Program-made: the position numbers and the translations under genes | Assembly (NCBI GenBank): GCA_963760795.1 | Contig: CAVXEP010000032.1 | Location: forward strand, 224,001 to 288,000 | DNA: 64,000 nt | Source of the DNA: an uncultured delta proteobacterium | GTDB taxonomy: Bacteria; Desulfobacterota; Binatia; UBA9968 | Direction: 5' to 3' | Shown here: piece after piece, positions 41,363 to 50,650 of the stretch | Layout of the letters: each line of letters begins with the position of its first letter | Numbering within the stretch: position 1 is the stretch's first letter | Notes under the pieces: model-generated | The model's input: only the letters and a program-made list of their open reading frames with translations | What the model was told of the DNA's origin: nothing | Database searches by the model: none

Positions 41363-43589
41363 CTATTTTCTTAACACCCCATAAATCTTTTCCGCCGTTA
41401 TCGGTAAATCCAAGATGCGCACACCGCAGGCGTCTTGGATCGCGTTGGCGATGGCGGCGGCGGTGGGGACGTTGGGAATTTCCGCTATGGCTTTGCCTTG
41501 ATAGGGAATCGGTCCCGCCGGAGATTCCATCAGCACCGTCGTCAGTTTCGGCACGTCGGCGATGTTGGCCATTTTGAATTCGCCGAGGTTGACGGTCGGC
41601 ATCTTGCCGTCGACGAGCGAATTGTCTTCCATCAGCGCGAAGCCTAAGCCGGTGATGATGCCGCCGTCGATTTGCCCCGTATAGCTCAAGTGATTCAAGA
41701 CCGTGCCAGAATCATGAACCGTCGTGAGTTTTGTCACCTTGACTTGGCCAGTGGCCGGGTCGACTTCGACTTCGGCGACCTGCGCGGCAAACGACGTGAT
41801 CGGCGCGCGTGCCGGTTCGTAGTTACTCAAGTGCGTCAGCGCGCCGCCGTTCTGCGCGACGGCGTGGCGGATCATGTCGGTGCATGACATCGGCTTTTGC
41901 CCTGGCACGTTATACCGGCCCTTCGATTCCGCGATCGCCTCGCGCGTGCAGCCAAATTTCGTTGCCGCTAGAGCGATGAGTTTTTCCTTAACTTCGGTGA
42001 CGGCTTGATAGGCGGCGGTGCCGACGCTGTTGGTCGACTTGCTGCCGCCGGTGCCGGAGTCGTAGGGCGAGCTGTCTGTGTCTTGCACGCGAACCGCCAC
42101 CCGCTCGCGGGGCAATTCGAGCACTTCGCTGACGATCTGCTGGACCACGGTATGGATGCCGGGTCCGACGTCCGGCACGCCTAAATGAACGCTGAGGCTG
42201 CCGTCGGCTTCGACGGTGATTGCCGCGCCGGATTTGCCGGCGCCGGATGGGCGTTCGTAGACAGCGACGCCGCGGCCGACATTCTTTGCCTTGGGCTTAT
42301 TCCAGCCGGAGATTTCCAGGGCTTTGGTCAGGGTTTCCTTGACGACGATGCCTTGGAGCTTTTGACCGAAGGGGGTTGGGTCGCCGGCGTTGAGCAGATT
42401 GTTCATGCGAAATTTCACCGGGTCGAGTCCGAGCTCGCGGGCGATGATGTCGATCTGCGATTCGACGGCGAAGGTAGTCTGTGGGCTGCCCGGCGTGCGA
42501 GTCTGGGTGCAGGGGACTTGATTGGTGTAAACGCACAAGGTTTCGACTTGGATCGCCGGAAAGCGATAGTAGCTCGCCGCGCGGCGCGGGCCTTGGACGG
42601 TGACCTCCGCGTTGGCTTTGAGCGCCGCATAACCGCCGCCGCTAAACACCGCTTTGATCGCCATGGCGCAAATCTTGTTGTCGTCATCGACGCCGGTGCG
42701 CAGCGTGATCACAGCTGGATGGCGGTGTGAGATGGCAGTAACCTCTTCGGTGTATTCCAAGACCATGCGGACTGCTTTACCGGTCTTCTTGGCGAGGAAG
42801 TAACAGATCGGCGCCTCGGCTACCGAAGTCTTGCCGCCGAAATCGCCGCCGACGGGAAGAATGTGAACTTTGACTTTCGCTTCCTCGACGCCGACATCGC
42901 GGGCAAAACGAGCGCGCAGTGTAAATGGCGCTTTATTCGACGCCCAGATTTCAACGCGGCCGTCGTCATGAATCTCGACGGTGCATGCGTGCGGCTCGAT
43001 GTAGCCGTGAAATCCCAATGGCGTGCGGAAGGTATGTTCGAAAACGCGCGCGGCCTTTTGCAAGCCGGCGTCGACATCGCCGTTGGACCATTTGCCGTAG
43101 GACTGCACATTGGGCAGATCGATGTCGCGCTCCGGGGCATTCTTGTAGGACATTGGATCGTCGTGCAGCACCGGAGCGCCAGCCGTGGTCGCTTGCACCG
43201 GGTCGGTGACGAAGGGTAACGCTTCATATTGCACGTCGATAAGATTCAAGGCCTCTTCGGCGATCTCATCGGTGTCCGCGGCAACCGCCGCTACCGGTTC
43301 ACCGGCATAACGTACCTTGTCATGGGCGAGCAGCGGCATGTCTTTCATGCGCAGTCCGACCATGACGCCTTTGACATCGGCGCCGGTGATGATGCCACGG
43401 ACGCCGCGCAACTTCGCAGCCTTGCGAGGTGTCGATGCTGACGATGCGGGCGTGGGGCAGGGATGTACGTAGTATCTTCGCCGCCAACGCGGCCGGGAAG
43501 TCTAGATCCGCTGCGTAACGCATGTTGCCGGAAACTTTATCCGCTCCTTCGATGCGCGGGACTGCTCTGTTGACGCTCTTGTAGGCCAT
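41363..43589 (-). CDS. Xanthine dehydrogenase family molybdopterin-binding subunit (paralog); frameshift near 43425
   Basis: MAYKSV..VPRIEGADKVSG then GGDFGGK, CTQTRTPGSPQ, GQIDGG, GKAIAE. Confidence 0.9.
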
Positions 43590-43645
43590 CTATGTCTCCG
43601 TTGCTGTTATTAACTCACGCCGGTGCTGAGACGCGAGTAGGATTC

Positions 43646-43711
43646 GTCGAGAATAGAGGATGGAGGATCGATGTTTCGAAACCTACTGATCCTCCATCCT
43701 CAATTCTCGAC
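43646..43711. repeat. Long inverted repeat with GAGGATG units
   Basis: GTCGAGAATAGAGGATGGAGGATC ... GATCCTCCATCCTCAATTCTCGAC. Confidence 0.7.
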
Positions 43712-43715
43712 CGCT

Positions 43716-44696
43716 TTAGATTTTTACTTTTGTGAAAACTTTCAAAGGGTTTTTCTGGAAGATCTTCAGCTTATCCTCGGCACTCAAGAAGCTGAGACCA
43801 TCGATTACCGGGATCATGTCGTCCGATGGCTTTCCGGTATCTTTGCGCACGGCGCCGCCGGAGCCGGGGGACTCGGTGCCGAACAGGACTTGGTCGACGC
43901 CCCGTTGCTTGATGCCGGCTTCCAGATAATTGACATCGTACACGCAGGAGTCGAAGAACAGGTTCTTGCTGAAATCACCCTGGCCGACATGGTGATCGTT
44001 GGGAATAAAGCGGTTCAAGCCGCCGCCGCAGTGGCAGATGACGATCTTCAATTTCGGGAAGGTCTGGAAAATCTTGCTGTGCATGTAGAGCTGCATGGCG
44101 ACGAACTCTTCGAGATAGTTGTTCATCTGATAGTTCGCCGGGATGACTTCCAGTCTGCGATCATAAGTGGTCGACGGATGGACCATCAGCGGGACATCCA
44201 ATTGCACCGCCTTGTCGTAGAGCGGGTGCCAATACTCTTCATGCACGCCGGGAGTCTGCTTGTCGCCGGCGGGATCGGGATTCAGATAAGCGCCGACGAA
44301 GTTCAGCTCTTTGATGCAGCGCTCGAACTCGGGCAGACAATTGCGCGTATCCTTGTCGCGGGACTGCGGCAGCTGCGCCATGCCGCGGAAGCGGTCGGGA
44401 TGCAACTTGACGATGCGGGCAATTACATTGTTCGTCGTGAACGCCCAGAACTCTTGCAGGAACGGCCTCATCCAGTGCCACATGGCGATGGGCCGCGGGC
44501 CGATCAACTGAACGTCGATGCCGCGGTCGTCCATGAATTTCAGATGGCGCTGCTGGGCGGCTTCGAGCTGCTCGTCGCTCATGTCCAGTTTGCGATTGGG
44601 CGTGTTTTGCGAGACGGTTTCCGCCAGAAACTGGCGGAATACTGCGGGTGTCGTCATATGACCGTGAACGTCGACGGTGATTTGATTGTTATGCAT
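43716..44696 (-). CDS. Amidohydrolase, 4-oxalomesaconate hydratase (LigJ)-like
   Basis: DVHGH, IGPRP, AQLPQ, LNPDP, CHCGG, FFDSCVY, FGTE.PG. Confidence 0.8.
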   Translation of the reverse strand: MHNNQITVDVHGHMTTPAVFRQFLAETVSQNTPNRKLDMSDEQLEAAQQRHLKFMDDRGIDVQLIGPRPIAMWHWMRPFLQEFWAFTTNNVIARIVKLHPDRFRGMAQLPQSRDKDTRNCLPEFERCIKELNFVGAYLNPDPAGDKQTPGVHEEYWHPLYDKAVQLDVPLMVHPSTTYDRRLEVIPANYQMNNYLEEFVAMQLYMHSKIFQTFPKLKIVICHCGGGLNRFIPNDHHVGQGDFSKNLFFDSCVYDVNYLEAGIKQRGVDQVLFGTESPGSGGAVRKDTGKPSDDMIPVIDGLSFLSAEDKLKIFQKNPLKVFTKVKI

Positions 44697-44847
44697 GAGC
44701 TTCTCCTTGTTATTGTCTGAATCGTTTTCAGTTATGAGGTGTCGGTTCCTTTCGTCATGCCGGCGAAGCCGGCATCCTCTTCGGTTGCACTGTAATGCAA
44801 AGAAAACTGGATTCCGGCCTGCGCCGGAATGATGGCAGCAGACCACG

Positions 44848-46059
44848 TTAATCTTCTTCCGGCGCCGGCACCTGGTGCTTCAGATAAATCTCTTTTCTTT
44901 GCTTTGCCGATTCGATAATCGCCAGGCAGACTTCCAGCGTCGCCATGCCCCAGGGGCCGGTGTGGCGGATCGGTTTGTCGAGTATGACGGCATTGTAGAG
45001 TTCCATCAGCTCACCGCGCCGCGACGGACCGCCGCCGCCGATGAGCGGCACGTCTTTGGTGCCTTCGTCGCTGTGGACGAACAGGCCATGTTGCGACTGG
45101 CGGATGTCGCCTTTTTCACAGGTCGCGACCAGAATGCCCAGGTCGTTGGGCAGCCAGGGTTTGACCTTGCTGCGGTCGCGAATTTCTCCTTCGTTGGCGC
45201 CGCCGATGCGCATGGCGTCCTTGTCGGCGTTCTCGTCCCGCGTGCCGTCGAGCAAGGACTTGCGCACGGCTGCGCGTTCGGCTTCGCTGTAGCGGCTGTT
45301 CTGGCCGCCCCAGGGGACTAATTCCGATGCGAGAAAATAGCCGTAACCGTTGTGCATCAGCGTCGCCGGCGTGCCGTCTGCGAATTCCATGAAAGCCGAA
45401 TAGTAGCCGGGAATCGGCCGGCCTTTGAACCAAGCACCGGTGGAACCGCGCACGCTGCGCACCATGCCGCCGCCGAGGAGCCTCAATGTGTCGATCTGGT
45501 GCGGCCCCTGGCGGTAGGGCACGCCGCCGCCTTGATTGATGTCCAGTTCGTCCGCCGTGCGCGGTCGGAGCATCCAATCGGTATAGGCCCAGACATGAAG
45601 GGCGCAGAGGCGGCCCAGCTCACCCGAGCGGATGATTTTACGCATGGTCCTGATATGCGGCCCGAAGCTCTGGGTATGTCCGCATAGGAGCTTAGTTTTG
45701 TTCTTGATCGTCGCCTCGATCATTTTTTCGGCTTCTAGGAGCGAGATCGCCATCGGCTTTTCGACCACGACATGCTTGCCGGCGTTGGCGGCAATGATCG
45801 TGTGCGGCGCGTGAAATCGATTGGGCGTCGATATCCAGACCGCCTCGACGTTGGGATCGGCGCAAAGTTTTTCGACGCTGTCATAGGTCTTCGCTCCATA
45901 ACGTTCGCGAAATGTTTCGAGCACGCGTGGGTTGACATCTGCGGCGGCGGCGAGCTCGAACTCGGGGATTTGCTCCATGGCCGGCAGGATTTCCGAGGCG
46001 CCGACGCCGATGCCGACGATGCCGAGTTTGAGCTTTCTGATTGGGCTTTCATTCGCCAT
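44848..46059 (-). CDS. Gfo/Idh/MocA oxidoreductase (phthalate cis-dihydrodiol dehydrogenase-like)
   Basis: GIVGIG, VEKPMA, YTDWMLRPR..ELD..QGGG, HQID, YSAF..F..G..A...NGYGYF. Confidence 0.85.
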   Translation of the reverse strand: MANESPIRKLKLGIVGIGVGASEILPAMEQIPEFELAAAADVNPRVLETFRERYGAKTYDSVEKLCADPNVEAVWISTPNRFHAPHTIIAANAGKHVVVEKPMAISLLEAEKMIEATIKNKTKLLCGHTQSFGPHIRTMRKIIRSGELGRLCALHVWAYTDWMLRPRTADELDINQGGGVPYRQGPHQIDTLRLLGGGMVRSVRGSTGAWFKGRPIPGYYSAFMEFADGTPATLMHNGYGYFLASELVPWGGQNSRYSEAERAAVRKSLLDGTRDENADKDAMRIGGANEGEIRDRSKVKPWLPNDLGILVATCEKGDIRQSQHGLFVHSDEGTKDVPLIGGGGPSRRGELMELYNAVILDKPIRHTGPWGMATLEVCLAIIESAKQRKEIYLKHQVPAPEED

Positions 46060-46148
46060 GAGATTAGTTCTTCCGTTGGAGAATTCCTCTTTGTTAGCAG
46101 GAGTGCGCACCAGCCGCAAGCAAGCGTTACGTCTGAGCGCTAGAACGA

Positions 46149-47285
46149 CTAGCTAACTTTGTAGAACTCGGCGCAATTGTCCCAGAGTATTTTGCGCTTG
46201 TCGTCGTCTGAGATTTTTAGCTCGAGAAAGCTCTCGATGGCGTGGGGGTATTTTGAATCGCCGTGGGGGTAGTCGGTGGAGAAGACCAATCGATCGGTGC
46301 CGATATAGTCGATAACATATTTCACGCCGGCTTCGTCCGGTTCGACGGAGACGAACACTTGGCGTTTGAAGTATTCGCTAGGCTTCATGGTCAGGTCCTT
46401 GGCCCAGATATCCCCTTCGCGTTCCCAGCCTTCGTCCAGGCGCCACAGGAGCCAGGGCAGCCAGGTGCAGTTGGCTTCGAGAAAGGCGACGCGCAGCTTG
46501 GGGTGGCGGGCGAGGACGCCGCCAGAGCAAATCGCCACCAGTCCGAGCATCTGTTCCATCGGCTGGGCGACGGCGCGGCGCAGCATGAAGTTGGGCTCGA
46601 ACCAATCGCCGGTCTGACGCGCGGCGGAGGACGACGATTCGTGAAAACCCACCGGCACCGCCAGCTCTTCCAAGGTGCTCCACAGCGGTTCGTAATAAGC
46701 GTCATACCAATTGCGTTCGTTCATAATGTTGGAGCGCAGAAACACGGCGCGAAAGCCCAGCTCTTTGACACAGCGTTTGGCTTCCTTGACCGCGTCGTCG
46801 ATGTCGAAGGGCGAAAGCATGCCGGCGCCGAGAAGCCGGTTGGGATCCTTCTCGCAAAAATCATAGAGCCAGTTATTATAAGCGCGGGCCAATGCGGCGG
46901 CGAAGTTGGGCTCCATATGCGGCTCGCTCAGCACATTCAGCCCCCGGGTAGGAAAGAGCACGGCGACATCTATGCCTTCGATATCCATGGCTTCGAGTTG
47001 GACTTCGGCGGTCCAGCCGCGCTCGGAGTGGTCGCGGTAGGTGCCCTGGTTGCGATTGAAATTTTGACCGCGGTTGGGAGCACCGCTACGCACACCCTGC
47101 GATTGGAAGACGCCCCACGCCCGGCCGTCGTCGGGATGGGCCATGCGAAGATCGCGGACATTCTCGCTCGTCAGGCCGCGCGGTGCCATGGCTTTGAATT
47201 TGCTGTCGATGTAGCGGTCCCACAGATCCACCGGCTCCATCAGGTGCATGTCGCTATCCAAAACTTTCATGCCGTTCTTGGTCAT
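46149..47285 (-). CDS. Amidohydrolase_2 family protein
   Basis: DSDMHLMEP, AYNNWL, FHE, STDYPHGD; GGAGG RBS. Confidence 0.92.
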   Translation of the reverse strand: MTKNGMKVLDSDMHLMEPVDLWDRYIDSKFKAMAPRGLTSENVRDLRMAHPDDGRAWGVFQSQGVRSGAPNRGQNFNRNQGTYRDHSERGWTAEVQLEAMDIEGIDVAVLFPTRGLNVLSEPHMEPNFAAALARAYNNWLYDFCEKDPNRLLGAGMLSPFDIDDAVKEAKRCVKELGFRAVFLRSNIMNERNWYDAYYEPLWSTLEELAVPVGFHESSSSAARQTGDWFEPNFMLRRAVAQPMEQMLGLVAICSGGVLARHPKLRVAFLEANCTWLPWLLWRLDEGWEREGDIWAKDLTMKPSEYFKRQVFVSVEPDEAGVKYVIDYIGTDRLVFSTDYPHGDSKYPHAIESFLELKISDDDKRKILWDNCAEFYKVS

Positions 47286-47376
47286 GGCAGCCTCCTTTGA
47301 ATGTTCAATGATCGTTACAACAGCACTCGTATTTATGTCAACGTATCTGATAAATTGCTCTGCGGTGGGAGGATCT

Positions 47377-47844
47377 ATGCGAATTAGCCGTTTTGCCTCT
47401 TGTTGCGTGCTCGCTTTGGGCCTGTTCCTGGTTGCTCCGACGTTAGGCCAAGCGCCGTCGAAATCGGCGGCAAAATCCATCACGGTCTACAAGACCCCGA
47501 CCTGAGAATGCTGCGATGGCTGGGTCGTGCACCTGGAAAAAAACGGATTCAAAGTGGAAAAGAAAATCTTATTTGGCAACGCGTTTACCGACCTTAAGCG
47601 CCAGCGTGGTGTGCCGCAACAACTTTTTGCTTGCCATACAGCTTTGATCGATGGCTACGTGATCGAAGGCCACGTGCCAGCCGACGTAATCGAAAAATTA
47701 CTCAAGGAAAAACCGCCAGTCGTCGGTCTCGCAGTTCCTGGCATGCCAGCCGGGTCACCGGGGATGGAAGGCGGCAAGCCAGAGCCGTACAACGTGCTCA
47801 CGTTCGACAAGAACGGCAAGACCGCCGTGTATGCGAAAAGGTGA
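47377..47844 (+). CDS. DUF411 (CopG-like) periplasmic metal-binding protein, predicted selenoprotein (UGA 47503-47505 = Sec43), 155 aa
   Basis: GGGAGG RBS, signal peptide, VYKTPT-U-ECCDGWVVHL matching family VYKSPTCGCC..W..HL; ACHTA, EGHVPA, GLAVPGMPAGSPGME. Confidence 0.85.
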
Positions 47845-47884
47845 GAGAAACAAGCTTGGAGTGCTGGAGTAGAGGAGTGATGGA

Positions 47885-48889
47885 ATGATGGGTATTCGGA
47901 AAATACTGCAAGTTGGGATTTGCCTTATCGTCGTGGTTCTTTGCGGCGGGCTTGCGTCGGCGCAGGAGAAGAAGAACATCCGCATGGTGTTCGTCAGTCT
48001 GGCCTGGAATAGCGAGATTCCGTTCCGGGCGGCGTTGGCGCGCGGCTATTTCAAGCAGCAGGGGTTGCAGATCGAGCCGATCTTGATTGGCGGCGGTCCG
48101 GCGGCGATCGCGGCTTTGATCTCCGGCGAAGTGGACTTTGCCAGCATCGGCGGCGCGCAGGCGATATTTCGCGGCAAATCGCGCGGACTCGACTTGACGA
48201 TACTTGGCTGTATCTCGAGCACGACCAACTATATCCTGCTCGGCAATAAGCAGACGCGCACGGTGGAAGACTTGCGCGGCAAGCCGATCGGTGTCACCGG
48301 CGCGGGAACCTATTCGGAATTCGCAGTCAAGGCGTTTCTGCGCAAACACAATCTCAATCCCGATAAAGACGTGATCCTGCGCGCCATCGGCGGCACGGTG
48401 CTGCGCGCCGCGGCGATAGAAAAAGGCATGATCGCGGCGGCGCCGTTCTCCCCCGAAGACGGCGTGCGCTTGATGCGCGCCGGCTACTCGGTCATCAGCA
48501 ACATGAGTGAATCGCTGGGAATCCCGCAGAATATTCTCGTCACGCGCAACGAAGTGCTCGACAAATATCCCGAAACCAGCAAGCGCATGCTCAAGGCCTA
48601 CATCCAGGGCATGCAGTTGGCCAAGTTCAACAAGAAAGAAGCGCTCAAAGCCGGCTTCGATGCCGGTCTGAAGGGCGACCCGGACATCGTTAGCACGGCT
48701 TGGGATCTCTACTCGGGCGGGTTGCAAGGCGACTTGTCCGTGGCCGTGCCGGGTCTGCAACAAATGCTCGACGAAGATATTCGCGCCGGCCTGGTGGACA
48801 AAAACTTTACCCTGGACCGAGTGGTCAACGACCGTATTTTAAAAATCGCCCAGCAGGAGCTTCGCGCTGAAGGCAAACTGAGACAGTAA
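47885..48889 (+). CDS. ABC substrate-binding protein (NMT1/SsuA-like)
   Basis: Signal peptide, ARGYFKQQGL, ALISGEVD, DLRGKPIGVT. Confidence 0.88.
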   Translation: MMGIRKILQVGICLIVVVLCGGLASAQEKKNIRMVFVSLAWNSEIPFRAALARGYFKQQGLQIEPILIGGGPAAIAALISGEVDFASIGGAQAIFRGKSRGLDLTILGCISSTTNYILLGNKQTRTVEDLRGKPIGVTGAGTYSEFAVKAFLRKHNLNPDKDVILRAIGGTVLRAAAIEKGMIAAAPFSPEDGVRLMRAGYSVISNMSESLGIPQNILVTRNEVLDKYPETSKRMLKAYIQGMQLAKFNKKEALKAGFDAGLKGDPDIVSTAWDLYSGGLQGDLSVAVPGLQQMLDEDIRAGLVDKNFTLDRVVNDRILKIAQQELRAEGKLRQ

Positions 48890-48898
48890 GCGGCGGTC

Positions 48899-49900
48899 AT
48901 GATGCACAGAGCTTTGACGATTCGAGTCTTGCTAGCGCTCCTATCGGCCCTATCGGTCGGATCGCAGCTCTCGGCACAGGATAGGAAAGCTCTCCCGGTC
49001 GTCTTCACCGGCTTGGCATGGAACAGCGAGCTGCCGTTTCGGGTGGCGTTGGCGCGCGGCTATTTCAAAGCGCAAGGTCTCGAAATCCAGCCGATCTTCG
49101 TGCGTGGCGGGCCGATGGCATTGGCGGCATTGTCGTCGGGCGACGTGAACTTCGCCGAGATCGGCGGTGCGCAGGCCGTGATGCGCAGCCGGGCGCGTGG
49201 TCTAGAGGTGTCGATCATCGCTTCCATCGCCAACGCGACGACGTTTCAGTTGATCGGCGGCCGAGCCGCGCGCAGCCTCGAAGACTTGAAAGGGAAGATT
49301 ATCGGCGTCACCGGCGCGGGAGCGTTTTCCGACTTTGCCATGAGAACGTTTCTGCGCGTCAAGGGCATCGATCCCGACAAGGATGTGACGCTGCGCGCCG
49401 TCGGCGCCGGCAGTGGGCGCATTAGCGCTTTGGAAAAGGGCATCATTGCCGCGGCGCCATTTTCGCCGGAAGACACTGTAAGACTGCTGCGTCTCGGCTT
49501 TCCAATGATCGCCAACATGGGCGACAGTTTGAACATTCCGCAAAGTATCGTCGTCACGCGCAACGATGTGCTGGTGAAAACGCCGGATACCGCCAAGCGA
49601 TTTCTAAAAGCATTGCTGCTTGGCATGCAGCACGCCAAATCCAACAAAGCCGACGCGATCAAAGCGGGATACGAAGGCGGACTTCAAGGCGAGCCGGATA
49701 TCGTCAGCCAGGCATACGACCTTTTTGCGCCGGCCTTTTCCGCAGATCTTTCATTTAACCTTGCTGGTTTTCAGTTCATGCTCGATGAAGACAAGCGCGC
49801 CGGATTGATCGACGGCAAATTTATCCTCGAGCGCGTGCTCAACGATCGTATCTTAAGGACCGCTCAGCAGGAGCTGCGCGCAGAGGGGCGGCTCAAGTAA
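48899..49900 (+). CDS. ABC substrate-binding protein (NMT1/SsuA-like), tandem paralog
   Basis: Shares LAWNSE.PFR.ALARGYFK and AQQELRAEG.L with previous gene. Confidence 0.88.
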   Translation: MMHRALTIRVLLALLSALSVGSQLSAQDRKALPVVFTGLAWNSELPFRVALARGYFKAQGLEIQPIFVRGGPMALAALSSGDVNFAEIGGAQAVMRSRARGLEVSIIASIANATTFQLIGGRAARSLEDLKGKIIGVTGAGAFSDFAMRTFLRVKGIDPDKDVTLRAVGAGSGRISALEKGIIAAAPFSPEDTVRLLRLGFPMIANMGDSLNIPQSIVVTRNDVLVKTPDTAKRFLKALLLGMQHAKSNKADAIKAGYEGGLQGEPDIVSQAYDLFAPAFSADLSFNLAGFQFMLDEDKRAGLIDGKFILERVLNDRILRTAQQELRAEGRLK

Positions 49901-49903
49901 GCG

Positions 49904-50311
49904 GTGATGATGGATCCACATGTTTCGCTGCGTCAACTTTCCGCAACGCAAGCTGGCGCCATGGGTTTCTGGAATATTCGCTGGCAAGTCGAGAATCTTG
50001 GGGCGGAGGGTCTAAGAATTAATTCAGCGCGCTTGCCGCATGGGCAATTCAAATCGGATGAGCAGTCTTTTGCTCCGGGCCTCGATCTGGCACCGGGCGG
50101 GAGCGCACAGTTTCACAGCCTCGTGCAATGTCATGAGCCGGCGGGACTGGTTACGGAAAACGCTTTCGTCATTTTTCACTGCCAATGGCGCGGCGAAGCA
50201 TGGCGAATTTTCGTTCGTATTCGCGTCACTGTAACGGCTGACGGCGCGCCGGAAACGGCGGCTGAGCTGATCACCACACAGAAGGTTGGTTTTTCCGGAA
50301 TCTCGAATTGA
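49904..50311 (+). CDS. Hypothetical beta-rich protein
   Basis: 3 nt after the previous stop; RLPHGQF and ENAFVIF motifs. Confidence 0.7.
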   Translation: MMMDPHVSLRQLSATQAGAMGFWNIRWQVENLGAEGLRINSARLPHGQFKSDEQSFAPGLDLAPGGSAQFHSLVQCHEPAGLVTENAFVIFHCQWRGEAWRIFVRIRVTVTADGAPETAAELITTQKVGFSGISN

Positions 50312-50322
50312 GGTGCACCGAC

Positions 50323-50544
50323 ATGGCTAGCAAAGAAGAGGATCTGTACATTCTCAAGCGGATGCGCGGCTGACACAGCAATTGAGGCCTCGGCTTCGAA
50401 GAGACCACGGGTATGGTCTCCAACGCGGTGAAGCAGGATCAGAAGGAAGTTGTCGCGGCGCTCAAGCGGTTGCGCGCCCAGCACAGCGACGACGCGGAAT
50501 ACAAAAAGCTTAGGAAAGATCTGCCGAAGGAGTGGCCGTGCTGA
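50323..50544 (+). CDS. Predicted 73-aa selenoprotein with two Sec (U17-H-S-N-U21)
   Basis: GAGGTG RBS; MASKEEDLYILKRMRG-U-HSN-U-GLGFEETTGMVSNAVKQDQKEVVAALKRLRAQHSDDAEYKKLRKDLPKEWPC; perfect hairpin GAGACCA-CGGGTA-TGGTCTC at 50401-50420. Confidence 0.72.
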
Positions 50545-50601
50545 AAGCAGTTTCGGGTTACGGGTTTTCTGCCAGGGGCACAGAAGAGATTCGCAAGAAC
50601 C

Positions 50602-50632
50602 GTAGGATGGGTGGAGCGCAGCGATACCCATC
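50602..50632. repeat. REP-like palindrome
   Basis: GTAGGATGGGTGGAGCGCAGCGATACCCATC (GTAG foot plus hairpin). Confidence 0.7.
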
Positions 50633-50650
50633 GATCATATTCCGCGCAGG

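Noticed and set aside
50542-50544. Third TGA (after WPC) as another Sec giving a C-U motif
   Set aside because: Downstream frame runs into repeat/REP sequence and the convergent gene, with no convincing hairpin; treated as the true stop
50176-50631. 151-aa minus-strand ORF
   Set aside because: Antisense shadow of the 49904-50311 gene and the double-UGA ORF; starts inside a REP element
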